From Flaccisagitta enflata (Eukaryota): 64,000 nt of DNA. This document shows positions 1 through 13,216 of this stretch, piece by piece. Below the pieces are notes generated by a model. It did not search any database. It worked only from the letters and a program-made list of their open reading frames with translations, and was not told the origin of the DNA. The position numbers were made by a program, and so were the translations under genes. Every line of letters starts with the position of its first letter. The stretch's first letter is position 1. Location of the stretch: positions 32,674,001-32,738,000 of the forward strand of contig OZ231126.1 of NCBI GenBank assembly GCA_965153355.1. The letters are read 5' to 3'.

Positions 1-33
1 TAGCCCAGGTTTCATTGTTCATGGGCGCTGATA

Positions 34-210
34 CAGTTGAACCCCGCTCCAAAGGACCCGCCACCAACAGAATTCCGCCTATAACAGATACAAATACATG
101 GTCCCTTCAAGTTGATTTCTTTTGTTTCCTTTGTTGACAATAACAGAAGTCCGCCTATAACAGAAGAAAACTGTTGGTCCCCTGAAATCCGTTAGAGCGG
201 GGTTCAACTG
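34..210. mobile_element. Tc1/mariner (pogo/Tigger-like) MITE
   Basis: TIRs CAGTTGAACCCCGCTC / GAGCGGGGTTCAACTG, flanked by TA at 32-33 and 211-212. Confidence 0.85.
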
Positions 211-607
211 TAGTTTTTTTTTTTGTTTTGCTGTAGATTGAATGATTGGATTAGGTTTTTGAATATCTGATGCACATAAAAAGCTGCAGAAGTTATCGCA
301 GTGAACTATTGAATGATGTGGGAGAAAGAGAAAAAGGCATGAAGCCGGAGTCAAAGTGGCGGTGAACTGAGGAGGCAGAGAGGGAACTGGGAACTGGTGG
401 AAAATATATCCATTGTTCCCGGTTTGAGCGGAAACTGGCATAAAGGCGTCCTCTTGCGTCGGGAGTCGGATTCTCGCCGCCTGGATTTCCTCTATCCTTC
501 CGGACTCTGGTACCTCCTCTTATTGTTTCTTTCCATTCACTTCTGACTCGGTCTGTTTTGTTCTTCTGTCTTGCTGATGGTCTTTCTAACTGTACATAGT
601 ATATCCC

Positions 608-2610
608 TTTTTAGTCACGTGCACGGGACTCTACACCTTGCCGTGTCGGTCGGTAGGTCGGTAGGTCGGTCGGTCGGTTGGTAGGTCACGTTTTTAAAAT
701 TATGACTTTTTAAGGTTTTTTAAGGTACTCTAGGGTATTTCTGGGTACTTTAGGGTACTTCAGGGTATTTTAGGGTACTTAAGTTATTTTAGGTACTTAA
801 GGTATTTTAGGGTACTTTCATATATTTTTGGGTACTTTTGGGTATTTTTATATTGTTGAGTATGTATGGGTATTTTTAGGTGTTTTTGGTATTTTTTAGT
901 ATATTCGAATATTTTGAGTATTTTTTGTATATCAGGTATTTTTAGGTATTTGTATTTTGTCAACTTTGGACACTCGTTATTGGTTCAGAATATCTTTTTC
1001 AGATGATTTGAAAGTATAGAAGTTGTAGTATGTTATGTAGTAACGGTGGTCAAAAAAGTGACTAACAGATTTTTTTCAATAAGGTTGAAATTTTTTTATG
1101 AAATATTTTAAAAATAAAATAAAATGTATTTAAAAATTTATTTTTTTAGTTTTGTAAAACAGATAATTATATAAATACAAAAAAATAAAATGTTTGCATC
1201 AATCAGTTATAACATAAATAATCAGTGGTTTTTAAGAAACAAATATGTTTATTAGGTACTGTCTGAAATAGATACAATTATTTATAAGACTCCAAGCTTT
1301 TGTTCAAGAGATTTGGGTAAAAAAGAAATGGATGTTTTTTAGAAGTATCTTTTGTTTTGGTATATGTTTGTATTCTTATAATTTTTCTTAGATTTTTATT
1401 TAGTTTTTGAGTCGTACTTACATATAGATAGTAAATCTATAAAAAGATTTTAATTTTTTTAAAGAAAATTTTTGGTAAAAATCAAAGCGGTCCAAAATTA
1501 AAATCAGTTTATTGTAAATGATTCAAATGGGCTAAAAAATGCCAAAAATTATACACAATGAAAAAAATTTGCCCCTGCACCATATCTTAATTAGCAAAGA
1601 AAATTTTACCCTTAATATTTTTTTACAAAGATATGAGAAATGAAATACTTTTTTTTGGACCACCCATATGTTGTAGTAATGTGAATTTTCAGAGATAGCG
1701 TATAGCATGTAGGCATGGGTATGTAAGTATGTGGCAAGGGCATATGGCATGCATGGGCACGTGGCAGGGCATGTGAGTATGTATGGGCATGTGCAAGTAT
1801 GTGAGTAATAAAGATATAAGTAAGTATGTATATGGGTGGTATGTGGGCACAAAAGTATGTAAGTATGTAAGTATGGGCAATAAGTATGGGTGGTGTGAGT
1901 ATGTATGGGAGTATGTACATGATGTGGCATGTGGCATATGTATGGGTAAGTATGTGGCACAGCACATATGTGGCATGTGCAGTGTGGCATGGGTACGGGC
2001 ATGTGAGTATGTAGGTGCAGTATGGGGGCATGTATGGCATGTAAGTATGTACTATGTGGCATAAGTATGTGTGGTATGTATGTAGGTATATAAGTATGTA
2101 AGTATGTACATGTAGCATGTGTGCAAGTATGTAAATATGGGCAAGTATATAAGTATGTGAGTGTATGTAACAAGTAAGTATGTATATATGTATTTATGTA
2201 TGTATGTATGTGTGTATGGTGGTATGTAAGTGGGGCATGTGGCAAGTATAAAGTATGTGAGTATGTATGTGGGTATGTAAGTATGTGTGCAGGGCATGTG
2301 GGCATGTGGGTATGGGCATGTGGGGCATGTGGGTATGTAAGTATGTGGGAAGGTATGTGGGCATGTGGGCATGTAAGTGTTATGGTAAGTATGTATGTAT
2401 GTAAATATATATGTATGTATGTAAGTAAGTATGTATGTATGTACGTATGTATGTATGTAAGTAAGTATGTAAGTATGTATGTAGTATGTAAGTATGTAGT
2501 AAGTATGTAGTATGTTAAGTATGTAGTATCAAGTTATGTAGTTGTGTGTAGTATGAAGTTGTGTAGTTTTGTGTAACTTAGCACGCGACTGTTGGCAAGT
2601 TGGGCTTGTT
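608..2610 (+). mobile_element. Large Helentron-associated non-autonomous element (HINE/DINE-1-like) with expanded degenerate simple repeats
   Basis: 5' TTTTTAGTCACGTGCACGGGACTCTACAC followed by (GTCG/GTAG)n; 3' GCACGCGACT...GGGCTTGTT. Same architecture as the element at 32741-32948. Interior is degenerate GGGTA(C/T)TTT and (GTAT/GGCAT)n repeats. Confidence 0.65.
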
Positions 2611-2786
2611 GTCTTTTCCTTTTGTTTCAATCGACCTGTCGCTCTGATACTTGTCTCAGATCGAGACTCTTAGTCTGATATTGATTAACTGCTGTCCCAC
2701 TGTCGGTCACCCTTTCTTTTTTGAGAGGCCACACCCCCTTCATCTCATCTCTTTGTCTCTTTTTGTCTGCTTAATTTCTATCTTCG

Positions 2787-2787
<1 letters not shown>

Positions 2788-2843
<56 letters not shown>

Positions 2844-2866
2844 TCCTGTCTGTCTTCCTGTCTGTG

Positions 2867-2898
<32 letters not shown>

Positions 2899-2946
2899 CG
2901 CCTGTTTGTTTGTCTGTCTGTCTGTCTGTCTGTATATCTGTCTGTC
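2788..2946. repeat. (TGTC)n microsatellite
   Basis: Direct reading. Confidence 0.9.
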
Positions 2947-3408
2947 AATGTCTTTCTGTTTATCTGTCTATCTGATCTCAGATGTATTTTTTGTCTGTCT
3001 GGCAACGTCTTTCGGTTATCTGTTTGTCTGTGTTTGTCTATCTGCCCTCTGATGTCTTTTCTCTCTTATCTATTCTTTTTTTTTCTCCATCTTTTCCTTG
3101 TTTTTTTGCGTCCTTTTTTTTCAATTTTGGATCTGCATTCTAATTGGCTTTCAATTTTTTCCACGCAATTAAAGGGATTCAGAGAGAATTTTCTCTCCGC
3201 GTAAAGTCCTTGATTCCGCGAATCCGTCTATCCGCTTTTCTGTCCACTTATCCTTCAAAGTTAATCACGTTATCTCTCTCTCTCTTTTTTTTCTTGCCAT
3301 TCAATGTCTGATCTTCTATTGACTTACTGTTGATCCACCATGTTCTCGCGCTTTCTACATTCCCTGTTCCTCTCTGTTCTCTTGTTCGTTCTTGTGTCTG
3401 TCTGCTCC

Positions 3409-3445
<37 letters not shown>

Positions 3446-3496
3446 CAGCCCGCATTCTACTCCCTTTCTGTCTGTCGCCTCCATCTTTCTGTCTGC

Positions 3497-3569
<73 letters not shown>

Positions 3570-3899
3570 TCTCTTTTTTCTTTTTCATTGATTCTCTAGA
3601 TCTAAGACGATGTACCCTCTCATGCAAAAATTTTCTAATTTTCTTCCATTTTTCCAAACAGTTTTCTGTCCCGGGATTGAAATGCTGCGGTATATTTGGG
3701 ACGGACGCGTTTTTTGGATAACCTAGTCGAAATTGTTTATCTATTTATATAAGAAAAAAAACCCTAACAAGCATATTTATCAATAACAACAAAGAACAGG
3801 AAACGACGTCGTTTTGCCAAGCATACCAACAACAATAACAACAACAACAGCAACAACCGCCAGCTCCAGTTACTTTTTTGTTTGTCTCCTTCCCAAAAA

Positions 3900-4530
3900 A
3901 ACTCGGCGCACGCGTACTCACGCCATATCCCGCCCCAAGCAAACGTGAAATCCACTCTTTCGTACTTGCGCGTGCGTGCGTGTGTGCGTGCGTCCACGTA
4001 TTATAGATAAATATAAATCAAATTACGCGCGCGTGTGGTTTCTCCCTTAAAATAATTTTTTTTCGGGACCGGCGGGCTGAATTTCACCTCGCGGCTTGCC
4101 CCTCCTCCTCTTCCAGCCATTTACTCTCCGCTGCCACACCGTCTTTATTTTGTTTTTATTCCTTTCTCCTCGGTTTTAAAATTAAAAATACGGATTAAAA
4201 AGACGAAAAGTAAAAAAGAATTAAACAATATCTTTTCCCTTCCAAATTCTGGGTTGCTCTCTCTAACACCTTCCCGCTGCCATTTAATAGGATCTCTTAA
4301 ATAGACAAACGAAAAGAAAAAAAGAAAAAAAAAACAGCAACGAAGGAATGTTGTTTTGTAATTCTTCATTCCGTCGCCTCCTTCTCAGCTTCAGTAGCTC
4401 CTTTTATTCTCCTCCTCCTCCTCCTCCTCCTCTCCTTCTCCTCCTCTAACTCACCATAAACTCGTCCTTCTATTGTTTGTGTACATTGCCACCGCCGCTT
4501 CGCCCCGTGAAACACGCGCGCGCGCCATCT
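3900..4530 (+). promoter_or_regulatory. Probable promoter/5'UTR region of the cadherin gene
   Basis: CpG/CGCG-rich unique sequence directly upstream of the first coding exon, with GCCAT(T/C) motifs at ~4116 and ~4524. Positional inference only. Confidence 0.35.
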
Positions 4531-4843
4531 TTCTTTTGCAATTTTCCATATTTTCCCTTCAGTTTCCGTTTTAAAACATTTTTATCGTTTTGTTCTTTTT
4601 TTTTTCTTTTAACTTAAATTTTCCACGAAGAAAAAAAAAGGGTAATCATTTCCATAACAAAGACCGGCAACAACCAAGTACCTACTATTCTAAATAGAAG
4701 AATCATCACCAACAAAGACAACAACAATCAGATTGTCAGCATCGTTTCGACGTCTTCGATTCGTCCCCAATAAAGCGCCTCTTCACCGTAAGCCATCGAA
4801 GCGTTTACAACTGCAAATCTCTTCTTTTATCACTTCTATTACA

Positions 4844-6446
4844 ATGGATATCTTTCCGGATCATGAAGGAGAAGTTGGGAGGCGGAGGTGGAAGTGGAAG
4901 AAAGAGTGTAGAAGTCGTGTTAACTACAACTCTTTGTCGACGTCATCATCGACGTCGACGTCATCATCGTCGTCGACAACGTTAGCCTTGACGTCAGACG
5001 TCGCCGTAGCCGCCGATCTCCATTATTCCTCCGTCGAGCAACGTCTTCGTCAAGATGTCGGCGATGATCTCGAGGATGAATCGCTTTCATCATCATCATC
5101 GTCGACGACGAGACGTTCGAGCGGCCGAATGGAAACACCGTCGACGACGACAATGACGAACATTCAACATCATTGTCAACATCATCGTCGTCAAATCGGC
5201 GTCGGAAGCGCTTCTATTACCGATAATCATGCAGCCGATAGCTGCTTAGGGCGAAGAGGTGCTATCGATCGCGACCTCGACGCTTTGAACTCGGCGGAAG
5301 ACATGAAGACGAAAACAGCGATGACGACGACGACGATGACGATGATGAAAATGACGACGACGACGACAACAGCGATGTCGGATGTGATTTCAGGGATGCG
5401 GCTTTCGTCTTCACGCGACGGCAGCGGCAATCGTCAACGTAGTCGCCTAAACGAAATGCAACTCCCTTCGACCGCTAAATGCTCCTCTTCCTCCTCCTCC
5501 TCATCATCATCCCATCCATTATCTTCGTCATCATCGTCATCAACACTACTATCGACGGAAACCGCCAACAAAGAGAACAACAACGGAATTAACAACAGCC
5601 AATTCATCAACCAGAACAACAATATCGTCTATCACGCCAACGTAACCAACAACAAAAAGACAACCAAACTTAAAAAGTCATCGAGGTCGACAAAAACAAT
5701 GAGACCCAAGACAACGACAAAAACAAAAACAACATCAACAACACCGAGCTGCCTCCTTCTTTCTTCTCCTCATCGCCGTCGCGGCCGCTACCTTCTTCCT
5801 TTCCTTTTACCAACGTTCCTCCTCCTCTTCCTCTTCTCTCTCCATCTCGATCCCGTCCACGGACTCTTCCCCTCCTCTTCCTCCTCCTCTTCCCCCTTCT
5901 TCGGGGGCGTGGACGTTCCTCACGACGCATCTCCCGGACAACGCCTTCACCAATTTGACGCGGCCGTCGGGACGCTCTTCGAGATCGCCCACGTCGACGG
6001 CGGACTCGGGCAGAAGGCGTTTCCCTCCTCCTCTTCCTCCTTTCTCGGAGAAGCGATGCGCCACCACCACGACGAAGATGACTCTGATGACGACGATGTG
6101 GAAGACAATATGAGACAAGATCTTTTTGTTAATGATGAAGACGATGACGCACAACATTTTCATGACGCCGATGACGATAACGATGATGACGTAACATTAA
6201 CGAAGCCGCAAAAGCGGAAGACGAGGTCGACGACTTCGGTCTCCTCCTCCTCCTCTTCCTCTTCATCATCTGTGGACAGTTTGGCGGGCGGCACCGTTGG
6301 TGATGATTCTTTCTTCTTTTCGTCTCCTTCCTCATGGCTCCAACCTCTCGTCACCTTCACTCAATCCTCCTTTTCTTTGCCGTTTTTTTCCTCGTCATCG
6401 ATAACAACGCAGAAGAAGGAGGAGGATGAAGATAACATTCATAGAG
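4844..6446 (+). CDS. CadN: CadN-like cadherin exon 1 (N-terminal extension, signal sequence, start of first cadherin-like domain)
   Basis: ATG at 4844 inside ORF 4733-6520. Hydrophobic RRRGRYLLPFLLPTFLLLFLFSLHLDPVHG then VDVPHDASPGQRL. Donor AG|GTGAGG after 6446, phase 1, matching the next exon. Confidence 0.75.
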
Positions 6447-6498
6447 GTGAGGAAGAGATGGAGATGCAGTCAGTCATTCTTTCGAATGTGGTGTACTA

Positions 6499-7484
6499 CA
6501 GGGTGTACGCTTTCTTTTGACCGATTAGGAATCGACATAGCTTTTCTCCTAGAATAGCTAATCCAATTCTGAAAAAAGGTCAGAATAGATCTTGAAGTGA
6601 AGTTTTTTTAGGTCACCAATTTTTTTGTATTTGCTTTTTTTAGCTTGGAAGCTACGGGAGATTTAAGTAAACAACAATTTTCAGTCAACTAACCATGGAA
6701 AAGAAAAAAGTGGACAACTTCTTTTACTAGTTTCTATTTAACTATGGGCCTGAACCTCAGAAAATCCATGACGGTTTAAAAGCTCTGCAAAAAATCTTCA
6801 AAATGCGAAGTTGCTGGATATTGTAGCTCTATTATTTTAGAAATAGCAAACGATTAAAGAAAAAGATCACAGTTTGAAAAAAATGCTCATTTCAATTTTT
6901 TTCTAATGAGAAATTTTGTTTTTTTCATTCTTGTCAATTTCACAACTCAGAGTGTCTTAGCTACTCGATATACATGAGCAAATCAAAGAGCTATGAATTT
7001 TCTTCAAAATGGGGCCAAGATCAAATTTCTTACTCAATTTTCTTAATTTCTATGTTACAATAAAGATAACCCATGAAATTCAGGTAATACTGAATTTCCA
7101 AATTCTTGACCACTTGTCTTCATTTTTCTGCCATTTCTAAACGGAAAGAGATAGGACAACGAGCAAGGTCTCTTTCACAGAGCTTCAAAATGGTCATGGA
7201 TTTTGCTATGTTTTTCTCATTGCTTGTATTTGAAACACTAACCAACAAATAGTTTACTTTTTTTTTTTTTGCCATAGTTTTCCGGATTAAAGATGCAGGC
7301 TGGATATGGTTGTTTTCTTCAAAGTGACATAGTGGGCATATTCAAAAACGCAGGTATAAAAAATTGGAGACATAAAAAAACTGCACTTCAAGATCTATTC
7401 AGACCTTTTTTCAGAATTGGATTAGCTTTTCTAGGAGGAAATCCATGTCGATTCTTAATCGGTCAAAAGAAAGCGTACACCCTG
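6499..7484. mobile_element. Tc1/mariner MITE with ~100-bp TIRs
   Basis: TA|CAGGGTGTACGCTTTCTTTTGACCGATTA ... TAATCGGTCAAAAGAAAGCGTACACCCTG|TA. Confidence 0.9.
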
Positions 7485-7743
7485 TAATTTCCGCCTAGTT
7501 TCTGGCTTGACCAACGCCAATACAAGCCTGTGAGGGATAACTCAATGAGCATACGGCCCGTACCAGGATGCCCAGAATCAGACTACAAGGGAAGCCGTCT
7601 GAATAATCACGCCTTTGAAGCTCTGACTTCTTTATTTATAAGAGATTTCAACAAATCGAATCTCATTGTTGTCAAGCATTGGTGATATTACCCGAATTAT
7701 TGGAGAACAAAATCTTTTAGACAATCTTTACCAAATTATGAAC

Positions 7744-7837
7744 AAAATTAAAGATATGCACGTTATTGTAAAAATGGTTAACCGGATTGCAAAATTAAAG
7801 ATATGCACGTTATTGTAAAAATGGTTAACCGGATTGC
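7744..7837. repeat. 47-bp direct tandem duplication
   Basis: AAAATTAAAGATATGCACGTTATTGTAAAAATGGTTAACCGGATTGC twice. Confidence 0.9.
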
Positions 7838-8343
7838 TAGCTCTCCTAACGTTGCGTTGCGTTGCGTTGCGTGTGCTGCAATATGCCGCAATATGTCATT
7901 CTAGAGTCTTAACAGGGCAAAAAGGTAGACGAAACATCCCGAAAAAGCGCAATTCTCTGATAATAGAAATTAAGAAAAGGATAAAACAATATGTGAAACG
8001 GACGGACGGAACGACCAACTGACTTGCAGTTGCGCACACCAAAACTATGTACCGGGTTAAGCTCAGGGCCTGTTTTCTGTTGATTAAAGAGTTCTATATT
8101 TAAGTCAATTCGTCCCTATCATCAATGGCTTTGTCTATCCATTGATCGGCTTAAATCTCTATTTTGGCTGGTTCAACGGAGGAAGAAAACCGATTCTAGC
8201 AAGCAACCGATTTCTCCTCGTTTCCATCTTCTTCAGGCCCTTTTCCCAGTGTCTTTTTCGCTCTCAATTGCTTCCCTAGAGAGTGGAACAACCCATTTTC
8301 ACGTCCTGACTTCGTCTTTGAGAAACAAAAGAGACAGGATGAA

Positions 8344-8684
<341 letters not shown>

Positions 8685-9903
8685 ACACTCACACTAGTGA
8701 GGGATATCATTCCACTTGCCATATACGTACACACTTTCCTACACACAAAATAAAAGCAAAACACAATAACACGCAAACTCACAGATTAAAGGGATCTCAC
8801 TCGAGCGGCCTCTCCGATCCGTTCACCATATTTCACTTGGTTATTTTTTCATTTATTTATATATCCTCATGGCAAATATCGAGGCAAACAGAGAGCGCAA
8901 AATAAACCCCGAGTCTTGAGGAGGAGATGCTAGGTCTGAAGAGGTCAAAGTGGGCCCATGGTTTTCCATCTTTTGCATCGTGTTTATGAAATTGTAATAA
9001 GATGCATCCATTTGGTTCGTAATGTGCCAGTCTGAAACGTCGAAATTCGATCACAATTGAAGCAGAGCGTGTATACAGAAAACCAAACCAGGAAGGCCAA
9101 TATGGTGCTCGGAGCTCCATAAGGATTGTCAAATGTTTGCGTAACCGAACAACCAACTGACAGGCACAGCCAGTTTAAGAGGTGCTTTGGCGCACCTATA
9201 ATCAAAAGCACATCAAAATTCAGGTCATTTGTGAGAATCGCACAGCCATAAGAACGCACAGCCATGTTACCGTAAAAGTCAAGAGAAGTAATGCATGTTT
9301 CAGAGTTTGGGGTTGACTCAAAGTAACTTGATGGATTTGTATCTGTTAAGCCACTCTGTGGCTGTGGCTGAGGTGAAATTTGATATTGTTAAGGATAGTG
9401 GTGAAGGGTGCGCAGTAAACCCCAGTAAGAGCTCCTAAGGCTCTTGTCCTTATTCTAGTTTTTTGGTTGCAATGTAATGTTGTCCTTTTCATGTAATACG
9501 TATCACACTGTGAACGATCATCGCTCCACAAAATGCAACCAGTGCTCAGAAAAGCGCGTTGCACTGTCACACGTGTCCGCTTGTTTATAATCTATTCAGG
9601 CTTTCTAAAGTCTAGTAGTATCCGATTGCCTTTGCGTGTGTAAACTGACGCACCATGATGTGTGTTTACGATCATGGTTTGCGAATTGAGGGCCAGTGAA
9701 GCATTGGAGTTGCTAAGTCCTTGGCTCTTGATATTTTCCCGTGTTCATTCTGTTGCAAAGGCTGGAATGTTGGTGATGAATGAGTCCCTTGACGACGATG
9801 GAAATAGGAATCTTCCTCGTAAGACGACGACTTCTAGCTCTAGATAGCACGCGCTCATGCTGTGTTTCAGCTGTGTCACCATTTTGGATTAGCTTAGGCG
9901 TAA

Positions 9904-10095
<192 letters not shown>

Positions 10096-10110
10096 CTCCC
10101 TCCTTCACAG

Positions 10111-10316
10111 ACGACGAGTTGCGAGCCATTGCTCATTTGTTTTCGGTCTTGGAGGACGGATCTCTGATCGCCAACGGGGACTTGCGCCCTCATGTGGGTC
10201 GAGTTTTCCTGCTCGCCGTCGACAGCATTCAAGACGGCGACAAATGGAGACAAACCATCAGACTCAACGTTGTCAACGGATCCAACCTCCTTCAATTCAA
10301 ACGGAATCCTTACGAG
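10111..10316 (+). CDS. CadN: CadN-like cadherin exon 2
   Basis: Acceptor ccttcacag|, donor GAG|GTGAAT. Encodes [29 protein letters not shown]...LQFKRNPYE, resembling (from memory) the FxxLEDGxxxTxxDLxP segment of the N-terminal domain of insect CadN. Confidence 0.85.
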
Positions 10317-10361
10317 GTGAATATGAGATGGAAGCCATGACTTGCCACTCATTCGTTCGAT

Positions 10362-10691
10362 CATTCATTTATTGATTCATTGATTCATTGATTCATTCAT
10401 TCATTCATTCATTCTTTCATTCATTCATTCATTCATTCATTCATTCATTCATTCATTCATTCATTCATTCATTCATTCATTCATTCATTCATTCCGCAAC
10501 GAAATTGTGACCCCGCGTCACTTGTTTACGCAATGACTCATTCGCTCATTCTTTCTTTTTTTTATGCTTTCATTCATAAATAATTTATTCATGTATAAAT
10601 GCATCTTGCACACATTAATTCATTCATTCATTCATTCATTCATTCATTCATTCATTCATTCATTCATTCATTCATTCATTCATTCATTCAT
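10362..10691. repeat. (ATTC)n microsatellites
   Basis: Two (ATTC)n blocks in intron 2. Confidence 0.9.
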
Positions 10692-10759
10692 TGCCGCTTA
10701 TAGCTGATAGCTTATATTTTTGTCCCTCATCAATTTATCCATAACCTTTGTACGTTCAG

Positions 10760-11388
10760 GGTCAAGTGCTGGAGAATCAACTTGGCGGAACTGTGGTGGA
10801 GGTGTTGGGCGGGATTCGCCTCCGCCCGAATTCGTTCGTCAACTCGGAAGACGATCTCGAATTCGAACTCGTCCGAGGAAATCAAGACGGAAACTTCAAA
10901 GTGGAACTACTCAAACTAGATCAACAGCAACAACAACGCCAACAACAGCTACTCCGAAAGCAACAACAGCAGCTTAGACAACAACAACAGCAGCAACACT
11001 CAACAAGCTACAACCAGCAAAATGAAGTAGAAAGTAGATTGCATGATAATTCTATCACTAACCAAAAACAAGAATATCTTCAAAGTAGAGCCTCCTCTTC
11101 TAATAACGAAACAGACGTAATGCATCGTAATGATGACAATAATCGTAACAACAATGGAAACAAGAACGATAATAACATCGAAATCAACAACAACGACAAC
11201 AATAATGTCGTGGAAGATGGTTCTCCCGCGTTCGATGACGTCGACGAAGGACTCCAGCTGAACGACGATGATGAAGTTGATGAAGAGGATGAAACAAAAT
11301 CTCCTCTTCTCTTTCAACTCGTCACGACTCATCCTCTAGACGCAGAGACCAAGAGCATGTACAATCTAGTTTTAAAAGTTCGTCATAG
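10760..11388 (+). CDS. CadN: CadN-like cadherin exon 3 (cadherin repeat with Q/N/D-rich insertion)
   Basis: Acceptor gttcag|, donor AG|GTAAGT. Motifs GQVLENQLGGTVV, FELVRGNQDGNFKV, LVTTHPLDAETKSMYNLVLKV. Confidence 0.9.
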
Positions 11389-11702
11389 GTAAGTTTTATA
11401 AATGCGTGTAAGTGTTCTGTTGACGGAGGTGACCGGGGAAGGTGGGGGGTCGGGGTAGACGATTTTACCATTTTTTCCAGAATCTGGGGGGTGGGGATAA
11501 AGGTAGGTACCCATCAAGCGGCTTCGCTCTCTGTCTCCGCAATCTCCACCTCCCCATTTTCTCCTCGAGGTCTGTTCCTCTTTTTGCTGAAAATACGTCC
11601 TCGAGGTCATGGAAGTCCGTAGATTGGTCGGTTGGTTGGTCAATCAGTTGATCTGTCTGTCACACAAATCTGTTTTTATGTTATCAGAGGCTCTTTTATC
11701 AG

Positions 11703-12604
11703 ATACATCGTTATCTCACACATAAAATCATTCATTCATTCATTTACTCATTCATTCATTCATTCATTCATTCATTCATTCATTTATTCCTTCATTCATT
11801 CAATCATTCATTCATTCAATCATTCATTCATTCATTCATTCATTCATTCATTCATTCATTCATTCGATCATTTATTCGTTTATTCATACATTCATTCATT
11901 AATTTATTCATTCTTTCATTCATACATTCATTCATTCATTCATTCATTCATTCATTCATTCATTCATTCATTCATTCATTCATTCATTCATTCATTCATT
12001 TGTTTATTCATAAAAGACGCTCAGTCACAGAGGACGCATCGTTAGCCTTTTAGGGCCTTTTTGTCTCAGCCGTTCATCCCACGACAGAGAAGCGGAAATT
12101 CTGTTTGCTTCTCTCTAAATCTGTTTCAAACAAACATACATCGTTATCTCACACATAAAATCATTCATTCATTCATTTACTCATTCATTCATTCATTCAT
12201 TCATTCATTTACTCATTCATTCATTCATTCATTCATTCATTCATTCATTCATTCATTCATTCATTCATTCATTCATTCATTCATTCATTCATTCATTCAT
12301 TCATTCAATCATTCATTCATTCATTCATTCATTCATTCGATCATTTATTCGTTTATTCATACATTCATTCATTAATTTATTCATTCATTCATTCATTCAT
12401 TCATACATTCATTCATTCATTCATTCATTCATTCATTCATTCATTCATTCATTCATTCATTCATTCATTTGTTTATTCATAAAAGACGCTCAGTCACAGA
12501 TGACGCATCGTTAGCCTTTTAGGGCCTTTTCGTCTCAGCCGTTCATCTCACGACAGAGAAGCGGAAATTCTGTTTGCTTCTCTCTAAATCTGTTTCAAAC
12601 AAAC
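11703..12604. repeat. Tandem duplication (433 + ~469 bp) of an (ATTC)n array plus unique tail
   Basis: ATACATCGTTATCTCACACATAAAATC starts at 11703 and 12136; both units end ...CTAAATCTGTTTCAAACAAAC. Confidence 0.9.
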
Positions 12605-12966
12605 TCTTGCTCACCTCAACATTTCCTTTGACTAAACCATTAATTCCCTTCACATCCACTTATTTCTTTTATGGCGTCTTTTTTTCCTACCGTCATTTTT
12701 TCCTTCTCTAACACTTGCTCCTCGCTGACGACTCCTTTCCAACCTTTATTTACCCAAATCTATCAGCCATTCCATTCTTTCGATCACAGGCCACCAACAT
12801 TTTCCTTACTTTTTTTTTTTGCGAATCTTTAACGCTGATACTATCGGTTATAGACAACACCATCAGTTTCACCAATCTTGTAAAATTTTCTAAGAGCAAT
12901 GGGATTTACAAGTACCTACTTCCCCATTCAAACATGAAAAAAAAAACTCTTTTTCTTTGTTTCATC

Positions 12967-13029
<63 letters not shown>

Positions 13030-13039
13030 CCCAACGCAG

Positions 13040-13216
13040 GAAAAGTAGTGAAGAAGGAGAAACCGAGATTCGCGTATTTGTCGTTAACGTGAACGAATTC
13101 GCGCCAAAATTCGAACAGAATTTGTACAGAATACAAATAAGCAACGATTTAATCCCCGATTATCCACTAATACAAGTCTCGGCCACCGACGACGACCATA
13201 TCAATGTACAAAATAG
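13040..13216 (+). CDS. CadN: CadN-like cadherin exon 4
   Basis: Acceptor aacgcag|, donor AG|GTAAGT. IRVFVVNVNEFAPKFEQNLY (DxNDxxPxF-type linker) and LIQVSATDDD (AxDxD). Confidence 0.92.

Noticed and set aside
1532-2510. His/Thr/Tyr-rich ORFs
   Set aside because: Translations of degenerate (GTAT/GGCAT)n repeats, open in several frames.
6447-6520. 3' tail of the 595-aa ORF as a single-exon gene
   Set aside because: It runs past a good donor into a MITE; splicing at 6446 is in phase with cadherin exon 2.
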